A DNA stretch of 64,000 nucleotides from Candidatus Bathyarchaeum tardum (GCA_024650005.2 CP122380.1:1984001-2048000), one strand, 5' to 3'; positions 20,190 through 30,096 are shown, counted from the stretch's first letter. Notes: generated by a model from the letters alone, not told the origin. Made by a program: numbers and translations.

Positions 20190-20590
20190 TTGCGTTAACC
20201 AAGCTCCAGTATACCAAAAATTGTATATATCCTTTGAGAAGACAAAATAATAATCAAAATAATTCTTTATCAATTAGCATTAAGCGACAATACAAGTCCT
20301 ATTGAGTTGAGATAAGTAGTATTCATATCAATTTATCATTTAATTAACAAATTAAAACAATGAAAAAATAAAAGAAAATAATATTCTTTTTATTAGTAAA
20401 AAGTAACTGTAAAATACAATTACTATTAAGGTTCCAATTCTGAATCGAAAACAAAATTTTAGAGTTAACCCAAACGTTTCATTGTTCACTTAGACTAAAA
20501 ACATTAAAAAACAACAAAGGCAGTTAGAAAACAGCAAACCCCCAGAAAACCTTAATTCAGGGTTAGGCATCAACATAAAAAGAAAACAAC

Positions 20591-20698
20591 GCCGGGGTAG
20601 CCTAGCCTGGCTATGGCGCCAGACTCATGATCTGGAGAGCAATCTCCTAAAAAATAGGTGCCCAGAAGTCGTGGGCTCGAATCCCACCCCCGGCACCA
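20591..20698 (+). tRNA. tRNA-Met(CAT), elongator type, with a 30-nt intron at 45/46 (20638-20667) and encoded CCA
   Basis: GCCGGGG/CCCCGGC acceptor, CCAGA-CTCATGA-TCTGG anticodon arm, GTGGG/CCCAC T stem; bulge-helix-loop splicing restores the AGGTC variable loop. Confidence 0.88.
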
Positions 20699-20924
20699 AA
20701 GTGTTTTGTAAAAATGTGTAACTTTAGGCTTTACTTTTTGTGCGACTTAGGTTGACCAGCTGCACATTTTGTTTATGGTTTTAGTATTGTAGAATCAAGC
20801 TCTGTTTCTGAGTCTCCAACTCCTTTAGGTTGTTTAGTCCATTTTTTAGTTTAAGCACACACCTACTTTTGTTAAATTATGATTTTGATTTTAACCCCAA
20901 ACCAAAAAGGAGTTGCATAGTGCC

Positions 20925-21728
20925 TTATTTTTGGTTAATTATATCTGTTGCCAAAACATCAGGGTGATGATATCTTCCTCGATTAACAGTGTTTCTTCCC
21001 ATTATTTGAATTGCGCAATCAGGACAATAGTGTAAGCAGGCTAAACAATAAGTACATTTGACGTTTTCTTGCCAAACAGGCTTCTTATCTACAATTTTTA
21101 TCTTATTGGATAAACAAACTTGTTCACATATTCCACATCCCGAACAGTTGTTATCTACATAAAAAGACCGTTCCATTTTGGGAAAACGTCTCTTTTGAAA
21201 CCAATAAGTGAGTAGGGGATAAACAACATGAGATAAACCAAAATACATTGGATTGTCTTTTGGTCGAAATGTTTCTCTATTGTTTACCACTTGAACAAAT
21301 GAATCCAATTTTTCCAACATTTTAGATTCAGCATTATCAATTTTTTCTTGAGAATAAGTATTAAACATAAGAACATAGTTGGTCGGCATCTCAAATGATA
21401 AGTATGCATCTAGGGACCGATTTTGATTTGCTAACAATTTATCTATCTTTGAAAAAACTGTTGCAAAACATTCCCTTGTTGCAATTGCAAACAGGTAAGA
21501 ATCGGATTCCAGATCAATTTTTTGTAAAAAATCCTTAACAACCCAAGGGAAAGTTAATGCATGAATAGGAAAAACTATTCCCACTTTCTCGGCGTTTACT
21601 TTAATTTTTTCTTTTTTTAAAAGGCTAATAATTGGTAACAAAGAAGATTTTGGAAGTCTATTCTGCAATTCCTTTGAAACATGTAAAGAGTTACCAGTTC
21701 CTGAAAAATAATAAATTTCTGTACTCAT
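20925..21728 (-). CDS. EFR1-type flavodoxin-ferredoxin fusion
   Basis: YYFSGTGNSL; CSGCGICEQVC and CTYCLACLHYCP; RYHHP. Confidence 0.9.
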   Translation of the reverse strand: MSTEIYYFSGTGNSLHVSKELQNRLPKSSLLPIISLLKKEKIKVNAEKVGIVFPIHALTFPWVVKDFLQKIDLESDSYLFAIATRECFATVFSKIDKLLANQNRSLDAYLSFEMPTNYVLMFNTYSQEKIDNAESKMLEKLDSFVQVVNNRETFRPKDNPMYFGLSHVVYPLLTYWFQKRRFPKMERSFYVDNNCSGCGICEQVCLSNKIKIVDKKPVWQENVKCTYCLACLHYCPDCAIQIMGRNTVNRGRYHHPDVLATDIINQK

Positions 21729-22025
21729 AATAACTAATTAATTGAGATTCTATTAAAAATTTTGCACTGAGAATAAAATTTACCCCAAATCCGTCAACAG
21801 TTAATTACATCACCAGAAACAGACAAGATACAAGTAACCATTTGCCGTTTCACATTTCTGTTACGAACATTAATATAAGCAAAATAAAAGATGTTAACAA
21901 ATAGTTTTTTTCAGAAAAATTTCTGCTTTGTTCGTTTTAAATCAAAAAAATTTGTATAACCTGATTCAAACACTAAAGCGTCAGGCAACACATAGATGTA
22001 AAGGACGTTAGAATTTTTTGTAGAA

Positions 22026-22592
22026 TCAGGAATTTGCTTTTTGTGCGACGTCTTTTGCCCAGTTGCGTATATTGTTGATATCTCTAGTGTCGTATAGTCC
22101 AGGTTCTGTTTGTGGGACTCCGGCTTCTTCTAGTTGGGGTTTAACGCCTGACAAGGTTTTTTTAAAAAACCATCCCATCCTGTTGAAGTTGTAAACTCCA
22201 CCAAATAGTCCCAAAGAGATTGGTTGCAGATTGTATTTGGCAGCTTTTTCTTCCAGATGATGCGTTCGGGCGTACTCTAGTTCTGTTTCTATGTTGGTCT
22301 TTTCGTCCAAAGGGTATTTGGCGCCGCAACAGATGAACAGCGCAGTTTTCTTGTTCGCTAATTCATTTTTAAACGTGTTAAGAAACTTTTCAGGTTCTTT
22401 GGTCCACTTTTTTATTTTAATTCCGCTACCGACTACAACAAGGTCGTAATCGTTTATGTCTTTGACTTTTCCGTTTTTGAGATTAACCACCGTGGTATCT
22501 AATCCTTCTTGACGAAAAACATCCGCAATTTCGTTCGAAGTCATTTCAGTTGCCCCATAACGGGTACCATAAACAATCAAGGCTTTACTCAT
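22026..22592 (-). CDS. Flavodoxin-domain protein (HemG/flavodoxin_5-like)
   Basis: LIVYGTRYGAT, YDLVVVGSGI, DTRD..IRNWA. Confidence 0.85.
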   Translation of the reverse strand: MSKALIVYGTRYGATEMTSNEIADVFRQEGLDTTVVNLKNGKVKDINDYDLVVVGSGIKIKKWTKEPEKFLNTFKNELANKKTALFICCGAKYPLDEKTNIETELEYARTHHLEEKAAKYNLQPISLGLFGGVYNFNRMGWFFKKTLSGVKPQLEEAGVPQTEPGLYDTRDINNIRNWAKDVAQKANS

Positions 22593-22832
22593 TTTTGTAC
22601 CTCCCACGTATTGGTTATTCGATTTAATTTGTAAAGTTTTTGTTCACCAATATGTTTCATATCCTCAATTAATTATCAGCTACAGAAAAACGCCAACAAC
22701 TTGCTCGATTCAACAATAAAATGCATGACTAAAGCAGTTTTTATGTAATAAACACAGCTTTCTAAAACAGGTTAAAGACCACGTTAAGCGTCCTTAGAAA
22801 ATGTAAAACACCATAAAAGTTATAATAAAAAT

Positions 22833-23202
22833 TTACGAACCGAGTTTCTCTTCAATTTTCTTAATTACAGTTTCCGGAAGATAACATGCAAGATTAAAAG
22901 CCAAATTGTAAACCAGTTCTTGTTCAATATCTAAAAGTTCAGTGAACATTTTTGTTACCAGCCAGTGTTTTTTGATTGATTTCAACGCAATTCTTGTGCC
23001 GTCATCTGTGAGGGTGACACCAAAAGGGTTGATGATGTACTAAGCCTTTGTTTTTGAGTTTAGATACTGTGTTAGTTACTGTTCCATAAACTACACCAAA
23101 CATTTTTGCAAGGTCACCGGTTCGGGCAAATTCATTCTTTTCTTGGAGAATATATATGCCTTCAAGGTACCGTTCAAAACAAGGAGTAACGTGTTTGGGC
23201 AT
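22833..23202 (-). pseudogene. Frameshifted DtxR/MntR-family paralog
   Basis: ERYLEGIY...TVTNTVSKLKNKGLVHHQPF, then after a shift near 23022 GVTLTDDGTRIALKSIKKHWLV...KIEEKLGS-stop at 22833. Confidence 0.75.
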
Positions 23203-23242
23203 TAAAATTCACAAGACAGTTCAAAAATAAAAAAGGGGAGAG

Positions 23243-23515
23243 CTATTTTGGCTGCAGGTATGTTTTTCCTTTTTCAGTAATGGTGTATACAGCAGGAACA
23301 TTTGTGTTTGTGTTGCATCCTGTGCAACCTGAACAGCAAAGGCATGCTTTAGAGGTTGCAGCATTGGCGTTGTCAATTTTTTTTAGGTAGCCCTTAGAGG
23401 AAAGAAGAGAAAAAACACTTTCCAGAGTTGCTTGCTGGATTCCTACCCGGTCGGCAATGTCGTTCTTGCTTAGTAGACCGCCATCCCGGACCAAGGTCAG
23501 GATTTCTTTTATCAA
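23243..23515 (-). CDS. FeoC-like winged-helix protein with Cys cluster
   Basis: wHTH plus CLCCSGCTGC, at the end of the feo operon. Confidence 0.75.
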   Translation of the reverse strand: MIKEILTLVRDGGLLSKNDIADRVGIQQATLESVFSLLSSKGYLKKIDNANAATSKACLCCSGCTGCNTNTNVPAVYTITEKGKTYLQPK

Positions 23516-23518
23516 GGG

Positions 23519-23992
23519 TTATTCTCTCCATTTCTTTTTTGTGAAAGACAGATACGTTCCGGGCAACGCTAAAAGGAACAGCCATATTCCGGGTCTTAGG
23601 TCGTCCAGCCATATCCATTCTAGCCAATCTTCAAACTGGAATAGGTATCCGACACCGTTAGAGAGCATTATTGCCAAGTATACTCCAAAGAAGACTGTTG
23701 CAAGAAGGCTACCTACAAGAAGGAAAGATAACCCTTCCCGGTTGCCTTTTGCTTGCTGTTTTACTCCTGTGAGGTATACTATAGCGATGATTATCAGCAT
23801 GACTCCGCCAAAGACGTCTGGGGGTACAACTGTTACTCCTGCTAATTCCAGCGACGGAATAAGTGATACACCGGTTCCAGTTAAGTCTCCCCAACCGATT
23901 AGTATCTCTAGGACTCCGAAGACTGCATATAGTATTCCGATTATTACAGAGTATATTGCTAGTTTTGTTCCAATGTTTTTGTTGAATCCCAT
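23519..23992 (-). CDS. Four-TM membrane protein in the feo operon
   Basis: Hydrophobic helices, between feoB and feoC, gaggtga RBS. Confidence 0.75.
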   Translation of the reverse strand: MGFNKNIGTKLAIYSVIIGILYAVFGVLEILIGWGDLTGTGVSLIPSLELAGVTVVPPDVFGGVMLIIIAIVYLTGVKQQAKGNREGLSFLLVGSLLATVFFGVYLAIMLSNGVGYLFQFEDWLEWIWLDDLRPGIWLFLLALPGTYLSFTKKKWRE

Positions 23993-24006
23993 ATTTTTTC
24001 ACCTCT

Positions 24007-25995
24007 TTATGCAAATCCTAATAGTGCTCCTATTCCTGTGATGACCAAGCCAACAATGTATGCCACGACAAGAGTCAATAACACTTGGAAGATTGTCCAC
24101 TTCCATGAGCCGGACTCTTTTTTCATGGTGCCAATTGTTGCGACACATGGAATATACAGCAACGTGAAAGCCATCAGCGTGAAACCGATAACTGGATTGT
24201 AGTTTGCCACTAAAGCGCCTGCAATCGCTGTTTCACCTTCTACTATGTAGATTATTCCAAGGGCTTCCACTGCGATCTCTTTTGCCAGTAAACCGAAGAC
24301 CAGTGAAGATACGATTCGCCAGTCAAAGCCTAATGGTGCAAACAGTGGCGCAAGTGCTTGACCGATTTGTCCAGTGTAAGACATTTCTACTTCAGCACCC
24401 CACGGGAAGGTTGACAAGAACCATAATATGATAGCTCCCGCCAACAGGTATGTTCCAGCTTTCTTAAGGAATAGAACACCACGTTCCCACATGTGAGTCA
24501 CAATGGCACTAATAGTAGGCGCCTTGTATAGAGGCAATTCCATGATGAAAGGTGCAGGTTCACCTTTCAGCACAGTTTTCCGTAACAGAAGCGCTAAACC
24601 GATTGCTACTACAATGCCAAGGAAATACATGGACCAAACTGCTGCGGTTGCCATTGAACCAAAGAATGCTCCTGCGATTAGGATGTACACTGGAAGTCGT
24701 GCACCGCAAGAAATGAAAGGGTTAACTAGCAGGGTAATCAGTCGATCTTTTTTTCCTTCAATGCTTCGCGCTGCCATCATAGCAGGAATGTTACATCCAA
24801 AGCCGAGTAACATAGGAATAAACGAGCGCCCGTGCAATCCAAGTTTGAACATTATACGGTCCATTATGAATGCTGCTCGGGCAAGGTAGCCACTGTCTTC
24901 TAGAAACGATATTCCAAGGAACAGGAAAAATATCGGCGGTATGAAAGTCAGTATGAAGCCTAGTCCGCCGAAGATTCCGTCACCTACAAAGGACGCGAGA
25001 ATTTCATTGGGAATAACTGCTGATGCTTCGGCAAAGGATCCAAACAGCAAACCAATTATTTCCATAAAAGGAGCAGAAGCATCAAAGGCAAACTTGAACA
25101 TAGCCCAAAACAGGGTTATGAAAACAGGTATGCCCAAGTACTTATGAATGAAAACCTTGTCCAGCATGTCAGTTATGGTCCATTTTTTTGCGCCCTTAAC
25201 CAGACTTAACCCCAATGCTTCGCTGACAAGGTCATATCGTTTATCGGCAAGAACAATCTCAGGATCTTCTCCGATGGTTTTTTGTGCGTGGTTTATAGCA
25301 TCTTGAATTTCGTTTTGGATTTTAATGCCTTTGATTTTGTCAAGGGCATCTTTGTCGTTTTCGAGTAGCTTTATGGCAAGCCAGCGTTGGGGATACTTGT
25401 TTGTTAGCGCTGAATCTTTTGTGACAACCTGTGCAACAGAATTTATCTGGTTTTCAAGTTCTTTTCCATAGTTAATCTTAGGACTAGTTATCCATACCTG
25501 TTTTTTGGCAGCATAAACAATCTCGTCCTTGAGCTTGTCTAAACCTTCTTTAGCTGTGGCTACAGTTGGAACAACGGGCACACCAAGCTGTTTTGAAAGT
25601 TTTTTCACATCAATTGTGTAACCCTTCTCTTTGGCAACATCAAACATGTTCAATGCAACGACTACGTTTGCTTCTAGCTCTAACAGCAAGAACGTGAAAT
25701 ACAAGTTTCGTTCAATGTTTGAAGCGTCAATAATATGAACAACAACATCTGGTTTTTCTTCTACGATATAGTTGCGTGACACTAGCTCGTCTACTGCACG
25801 GGCAGTTAAACTGTATGTTCCAGGCAAGTCAACAATTTTGAGTTCAGTTCCTTTGTGAACACATTTGCCTTCTTTTTTTTCAACAGTTTTTCCAGGCCAG
25901 TTTCCAACATGTTGCCGAGCACCGGGCACAAGGCTGTTAAATATTACTGATTTTCCAACGTTGGGGTTTCCTATCAAAGCAACCGTGTGGGGCAT
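24007..25995 (-). CDS. feoB: Ferrous iron transporter FeoB
   Basis: GNPNVGKS, VGNWPGKTVE, DLPGTY, NMFD, GFGCNIP, PFISCGARL, LYIPC. Confidence 0.97.
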   Translation of the reverse strand: MPHTVALIGNPNVGKSVIFNSLVPGARQHVGNWPGKTVEKKEGKCVHKGTELKIVDLPGTYSLTARAVDELVSRNYIVEEKPDVVVHIIDASNIERNLYFTFLLLELEANVVVALNMFDVAKEKGYTIDVKKLSKQLGVPVVPTVATAKEGLDKLKDEIVYAAKKQVWITSPKINYGKELENQINSVAQVVTKDSALTNKYPQRWLAIKLLENDKDALDKIKGIKIQNEIQDAINHAQKTIGEDPEIVLADKRYDLVSEALGLSLVKGAKKWTITDMLDKVFIHKYLGIPVFITLFWAMFKFAFDASAPFMEIIGLLFGSFAEASAVIPNEILASFVGDGIFGGLGFILTFIPPIFFLFLGISFLEDSGYLARAAFIMDRIMFKLGLHGRSFIPMLLGFGCNIPAMMAARSIEGKKDRLITLLVNPFISCGARLPVYILIAGAFFGSMATAAVWSMYFLGIVVAIGLALLLRKTVLKGEPAPFIMELPLYKAPTISAIVTHMWERGVLFLKKAGTYLLAGAIILWFLSTFPWGAEVEMSYTGQIGQALAPLFAPLGFDWRIVSSLVFGLLAKEIAVEALGIIYIVEGETAIAGALVANYNPVIGFTLMAFTLLYIPCVATIGTMKKESGSWKWTIFQVLLTLVVAYIVGLVITGIGALLGFA

Positions 25996-26249
25996 CAGTT
26001 GTCAACCTCCTGAACCATTATTTTTGTAGCAACGCCCCTGCCAAAAGCTACACGAGAATCTTTTATTTCAACAACTAAAGGTCCACCGCGGTCGGGGTTA
26101 GGACAAGAATGGGAGCATATCACGGTTACTTCAGAGTCACGGGTAAGTCCCATGTCGTTTAATCGCCTAATCAGCTCTTTTCCGCCCCGAATTCGAGTTA
26201 TTTTTCCTTTAGCACCCACAGAAAGTAAAGCAAGAGGAACTTCCATCAT
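25995..26249 (-). CDS. feoA: FeoA-family protein
   Basis: RRLNDMGL...GPLVVEIKDSRVAFGRGVATKIMV. Confidence 0.9.
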   Translation of the reverse strand: MMEVPLALLSVGAKGKITRIRGGKELIRRLNDMGLTRDSEVTVICSHSCPNPDRGGPLVVEIKDSRVAFGRGVATKIMVQEVDN

Positions 26250-26485
26250 TGTTTTTCCTCCAACGAGACGTAGATGCATTCTGCTTCTTTTTTGCGCAGG
26301 GTTAAATTATAGTCACGGATTTCGAATTCCACAGGATCACCTAGGGGCGCTCTGCGGATTACTTTGATTTTTGAGCCCCGAACGATACCCATGTCCATGA
26401 TTCGGCGCCTAATGGTGCCGCTTCCTTTGACGGTTACAACAATGGCTTTTTGTCCAGGTTCAAGTTTGTTTAATTGTAATTCCAT
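26246..26485 (-). CDS. feoA: FeoA-family protein
   Basis: RRIMDMGIVRG...RAPLGDPVEFEIRDYNLTLRKKEA. Confidence 0.93.
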   Translation of the reverse strand: MELQLNKLEPGQKAIVVTVKGSGTIRRRIMDMGIVRGSKIKVIRRAPLGDPVEFEIRDYNLTLRKKEAECIYVSLEEKQ

Positions 26486-26630
26486 TTAGCACACCTAATT
26501 TTAGGTCAATCTAATTTTTTGTTTTACTAAACTAAACACAGTTAGGTGAACCTAAATCTTGCCCGAACAAAAATAGGAAAAAAACAAAAAAACCGAGAAA
26601 AATTAGGTTTGAATACATTAAACCTAAGAA
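26486..26630. promoter_or_regulatory. Cluster of DtxR-type operators upstream of feoA
   Basis: ttaggtcaatctaa 26501-26514, ttaggtgaacctaa 26542-26555, ttagcacacctaa 26486-26498, ttaggttt...aaacctaa about 26603-26627. Confidence 0.75.
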
Positions 26631-27149
26631 ACAAAAATTACATAAGCATTAAACTCAAATTATTGAAAAAATATTTCTCAAGCAATTTTTTAGCAACAAG
26701 CAATTAAGTTTGAATATGCGTGCATCAATGAGGTTACGGGATTCGTTCCCGTAGCGATACTAAAGGTACTCAAAGGTTTACCCAATAACCCCACCCCTGT
26801 TTCTGCCGCTGATACAATTACTTTAGCATTTCGTTCATGTATAACTTGCCGTAAAAAATTAAGAAACTAAGTCATAAACTAATAAACTATTTTGATTTAG
26901 TTGATGCGCAAATTGGGACCATAAGACTTTGGTTAAAGTGGAGGCACGAAAGGTTTTTCTTATGACCCCAATTTTAGGCGCAAACAATTATCATTTTAAT
27001 TAATTGGCAATTCGGTTTATGTATAGATTACCCTAAAAAATTTAGAAAAATGAAATACAAACTAACAAACAATCAAAACATAGTCCTTGAAATCACATAA
27101 CAATCCACATAAAAGAGCAAAAACATCGTGCAACAGGTTCAAAATTATG

Positions 27150-27620
27150 CTACGAATTCTTGTTTTTGACGGTTTTTTGTTCACAGTATTTTTTGAATTC
27201 ATCCATCCATCGTTTCATGAACATTGGTCGCTCAGAATACTCAGTTATGAACTCAACAAACCGCGAAAACTGCTGTATCGTGTTAGAGGTTAATTCGTGT
27301 TCAAGGATGTGGGCATCTTTGAGTGCCACATCTTTTGGAACCAACAGGATTTCTAAAAAATTTTTAAAAGTTTCATGGCGGTTCTCGATTAGTTCAGCTA
27401 TTTGTGTTCCACGGTCAGTTAACGTGATTCCACCATATTTTTCGTAAACAACTAAACCTTTTGTGTCTAGTTTTTTCATCATTTCCACGGCAGTAGGAGG
27501 CTTAACATCGAGTTCGCGGGCAACATCTTTGATGCGAACAAAGCCTTTTTTGTTAACCACTTCGTAGATTGCTCGCAGATAATCTTCGACTTTACTGGAA
27601 ATTCCTGCATCACTAACCAT
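27150..27620 (-). CDS. DtxR/MntR-family metal-dependent repressor
   Basis: EDYLRAIY, YEKYGGITLT, RHE, DAHILEH metal sites intact. Confidence 0.93.
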   Translation of the reverse strand: MVSDAGISSKVEDYLRAIYEVVNKKGFVRIKDVARELDVKPPTAVEMMKKLDTKGLVVYEKYGGITLTDRGTQIAELIENRHETFKNFLEILLVPKDVALKDAHILEHELTSNTIQQFSRFVEFITEYSERPMFMKRWMDEFKKYCEQKTVKNKNS

Positions 27621-27653
27621 TAAGTTTACCCTAAAAAGATTAGGTTAACTTAA
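27621..27653. promoter_or_regulatory. Two DtxR-type operators (autoregulation)
   Basis: taagtttaccctaa 27621-27634 and ttaggttaacttaa 27640-27653 immediately upstream of the dtxR start. Confidence 0.7.
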
Positions 27654-27690
27654 CATTTAAAGTAAACGAAACAAAAAATGAAAATGCTGC

Positions 27691-28299
27691 CTAAAAACAG
27701 GTGGATTTACGAGCAATACACAAATAGCATCCGGGTTCGTCTTTGATGCTGATTTCTGTAAATCCAGAGGATTCAAGCAGATTTTTCATGTCCGCCATTT
27801 TGGGCAACAGGTCATGGGCTACCTGGTTTGAAACTTGTTTATGGTGATCTTTGAGTTCGTCGCTGCTGAAGGCATGAGAAATTACAAGTTTGCCTTCAGG
27901 TTTTAGCACATAATTGATGTTTTGAAGGACTTTTTGTTTGTTTTGCAGGTGAGGAAACACTCCAAAGCAGATAACTGTGTCAAAAGTTTCTGCTTGTAAT
28001 TGTTTTTCTTCGATGTTTCCCAGTTTTACGTTCACGTTTTTAAGGTGTTTATGTTTTGTTTTGCATAGTTGAACCATGTTTTCAGAAAAATCAAGGGCAG
28101 TAACTGAGCCTTCGGGTCCAAGTTCTTTAACCAAATATGGAATTAAAACGCCAGTGCCAGTGCCGACATCAAGAACGTTTTGTCCAGGTTTCAATCCAAA
28201 TTGGGGGACAAGTTTTTCCAAAAAAGAAGAAAGATGGGGAGTTAGAAATTTTTCGTCCCACGTGCTTGCGGCGTTGTCAAAGTAGTCTTTAGGGTTCAT
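27691..28299 (-). CDS. Class I SAM-dependent methyltransferase
   Basis: VLDVGTGTG, ALDFS, FPH, LKPEG. Confidence 0.9.
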   Translation of the reverse strand: MNPKDYFDNAASTWDEKFLTPHLSSFLEKLVPQFGLKPGQNVLDVGTGTGVLIPYLVKELGPEGSVTALDFSENMVQLCKTKHKHLKNVNVKLGNIEEKQLQAETFDTVICFGVFPHLQNKQKVLQNINYVLKPEGKLVISHAFSSDELKDHHKQVSNQVAHDLLPKMADMKNLLESSGFTEISIKDEPGCYLCIARKSTCF

Positions 28300-28309
28300 G
28301 GTTTTTGTC

Positions 28310-29272
28310 TCATTTCTTTTTGCGTGAATAAAGCATAACGGCTTCAGTTGCAGCAATTACAACTGCAATAACGGTGGTTATCTGATAAAGGGTTACTTGG
28401 TTTCCCAGGTTGATTTTTTCTGCTTTCAAAGCAGAAGCAATATGCCAAGTAGAAGCGCCCCTGAAGAGTTGTTCGGCATTGTAACGTAACATTTTGGCTA
28501 AAGTTTCAGTTCCGGGAATAGCCCCAGGGAAATTAGTTAACACCAAATGCTCTGCACCCACCTGTGAAGCAATTCCTCCACCAAAATCTGTGTCAATTTG
28601 AAGGTTATCCACGATTAAGGCTACATCGTCAGTGTGGGCAGTTTCTAATAAAGCGGTTATGTCCCCAGCAGACAGAGTTTCTGGAGGATTAAAAGTTGAA
28701 ACAACATTAAAGCCAGCAGATTCAATGAAGGTTTTAAGCCACCCCATGCAGATGACGTTCAAGTTTGAGGCTTCCAAACTTTCAGCTTGAGTTGTTATCC
28801 AAGTTGAAACTTGGTCAATTTCTGTTATCATTTCAGAGGTTTCTGAATCTAAATTGATTCCTAAGATTTGGCTAAGGTTTCCTCCTACATCACGTATGTA
28901 ACTTTTTGCGCCTTCAGGAGTGTTATAAACACCAGGGATTGCTACTACTGTTAGGTCATCGTTTCCTGCAGATTCAAGTAGGTTATCTAGCCAGAATTCT
29001 CCTTGAATGTTTTGTTTGAATAGAATTGTTGCTTTGCTTACTGCGTCCACGTATCCGGGTTTCAGATCAAAATCTGCTGGACACAACCCAGGCTGTACAA
29101 GCACTAAAACTTCGGCGTTATCATCTAGGAAGTCTTCAACTACGCTCCCTACTGCAGTTGTGGTGCATACGATTATTGGTTTTTCTGCAGTCTGGGCATG
29201 GGTTACTGACACTAACAGTAACGGAAGCATCAGTAAAGTCATACTAAAAGTAAATATTTTTTTGTTTTTCAT
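28310..29272 (-). CDS. Cluster A-I (ZnuA/TroA-like) metal ABC substrate-binding protein, C-terminally anchored
   Basis: Signal peptide, IVCTTT, LVQPGLCPADFDLKP, MLRYNAEQL, C-terminal TM plus RKKK; in operon with permease and ATPase. Confidence 0.8.
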   Translation of the reverse strand: MKNKKIFTFSMTLLMLPLLLVSVTHAQTAEKPIIVCTTTAVGSVVEDFLDDNAEVLVLVQPGLCPADFDLKPGYVDAVSKATILFKQNIQGEFWLDNLLESAGNDDLTVVAIPGVYNTPEGAKSYIRDVGGNLSQILGINLDSETSEMITEIDQVSTWITTQAESLEASNLNVICMGWLKTFIESAGFNVVSTFNPPETLSAGDITALLETAHTDDVALIVDNLQIDTDFGGGIASQVGAEHLVLTNFPGAIPGTETLAKMLRYNAEQLFRGASTWHIASALKAEKINLGNQVTLYQITTVIAVVIAATEAVMLYSRKKK

Positions 29273-30096
29273 TTTTTGGGTTCCTCCTTTCTTTTTCGTT
29301 TAGGTGAAAGAAGAAGTGCAACAACAAAAACTATTGTTGAAACAATTACGATACAGGAACCTACAGGCAAATCAAAAAACAATGAAACAACCAGTCCTGT
29401 AACTGTTGTTGCCATCCCTACGAGGGGGGATGCGATTACTACTTTTCTCATGTTTTCTGAAAACTGCAAAACAGTAGAAGCAGGATTAAACAACAATGCA
29501 TAGATAAGCAATCCACCTACAAGTTTAAGGGAAAAAGTGATAACTACACCTGCTAGAAATATGATTAAGTACACGAAGGGTTTGGTGTTGATGCCATCTG
29601 CTTCGGCTAGTTTTCTGTTAAACATTATGGCGAATAATTCTTTCCAAACAAAATAGACCACAGCCAACGTAACTGCAAACAAGGTAGTAAGATACAACAA
29701 GTCACTGTTGGTCATGGAAATTATGCTGCCCCATAAGACGTTGGCTACTTGGCTGCTAAGTCCCACTTCGGGGGTCAAGGTTAGAAAAACGAAGGCTAAC
29801 GCCATGTTTAATGGAAAAACTATGCTTGTTATGGTGTCTGCATGTAAGCGTGCTTTATCTGCTATTGGACCTATGACCAAGGCTGTGCCAGATGCAAAAA
29901 GCAATCCGGTTACAAGGGGGTTTGTTGCTGTTGCTACTCCAAGGGCTGCTCCTGCAAAGGCTCCATGTGACATGGAATAACCAATGGCGGAAAGGCGCAT
30001 TCTGACCACAAAAACTCCAATTAGTCCCATTAAAAATCCAGCAAAAATGCAGGCGATTAGGGCTCTTTGCATTATGGCAAACTCTAGCCAAATCAT
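29269..30096 (-). CDS. Metal ABC transporter permease (ABC-3, ZnuB-like)
   Basis: MQRALIA, SHGAFAGAALG, LWGSII, FNRKLAEADG, DLPVGS. Confidence 0.92.
   Translation of the reverse strand: MIWLEFAIMQRALIACIFAGFLMGLIGVFVVRMRLSAIGYSMSHGAFAGAALGVATATNPLVTGLLFASGTALVIGPIADKARLHADTITSIVFPLNMALAFVFLTLTPEVGLSSQVANVLWGSIISMTNSDLLYLTTLFAVTLAVVYFVWKELFAIMFNRKLAEADGINTKPFVYLIIFLAGVVITFSLKLVGGLLIYALLFNPASTVLQFSENMRKVVIASPLVGMATTVTGLVVSLFFDLPVGSCIVIVSTIVFVVALLLSPKRKRKEEPKK

Noticed and set aside
23002-23004. Selenocysteine or readthrough at the TGA ending the DtxR fragment
   Set aside because: Homology continues in a different frame, so it is a frameshift rather than readthrough.
23457-24041. 194-aa plus-strand ORF and the many other antisense ORFs in the track
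   Set aside because: They are shadows of well-supported genes on the opposite strand, with no motifs or RBS.
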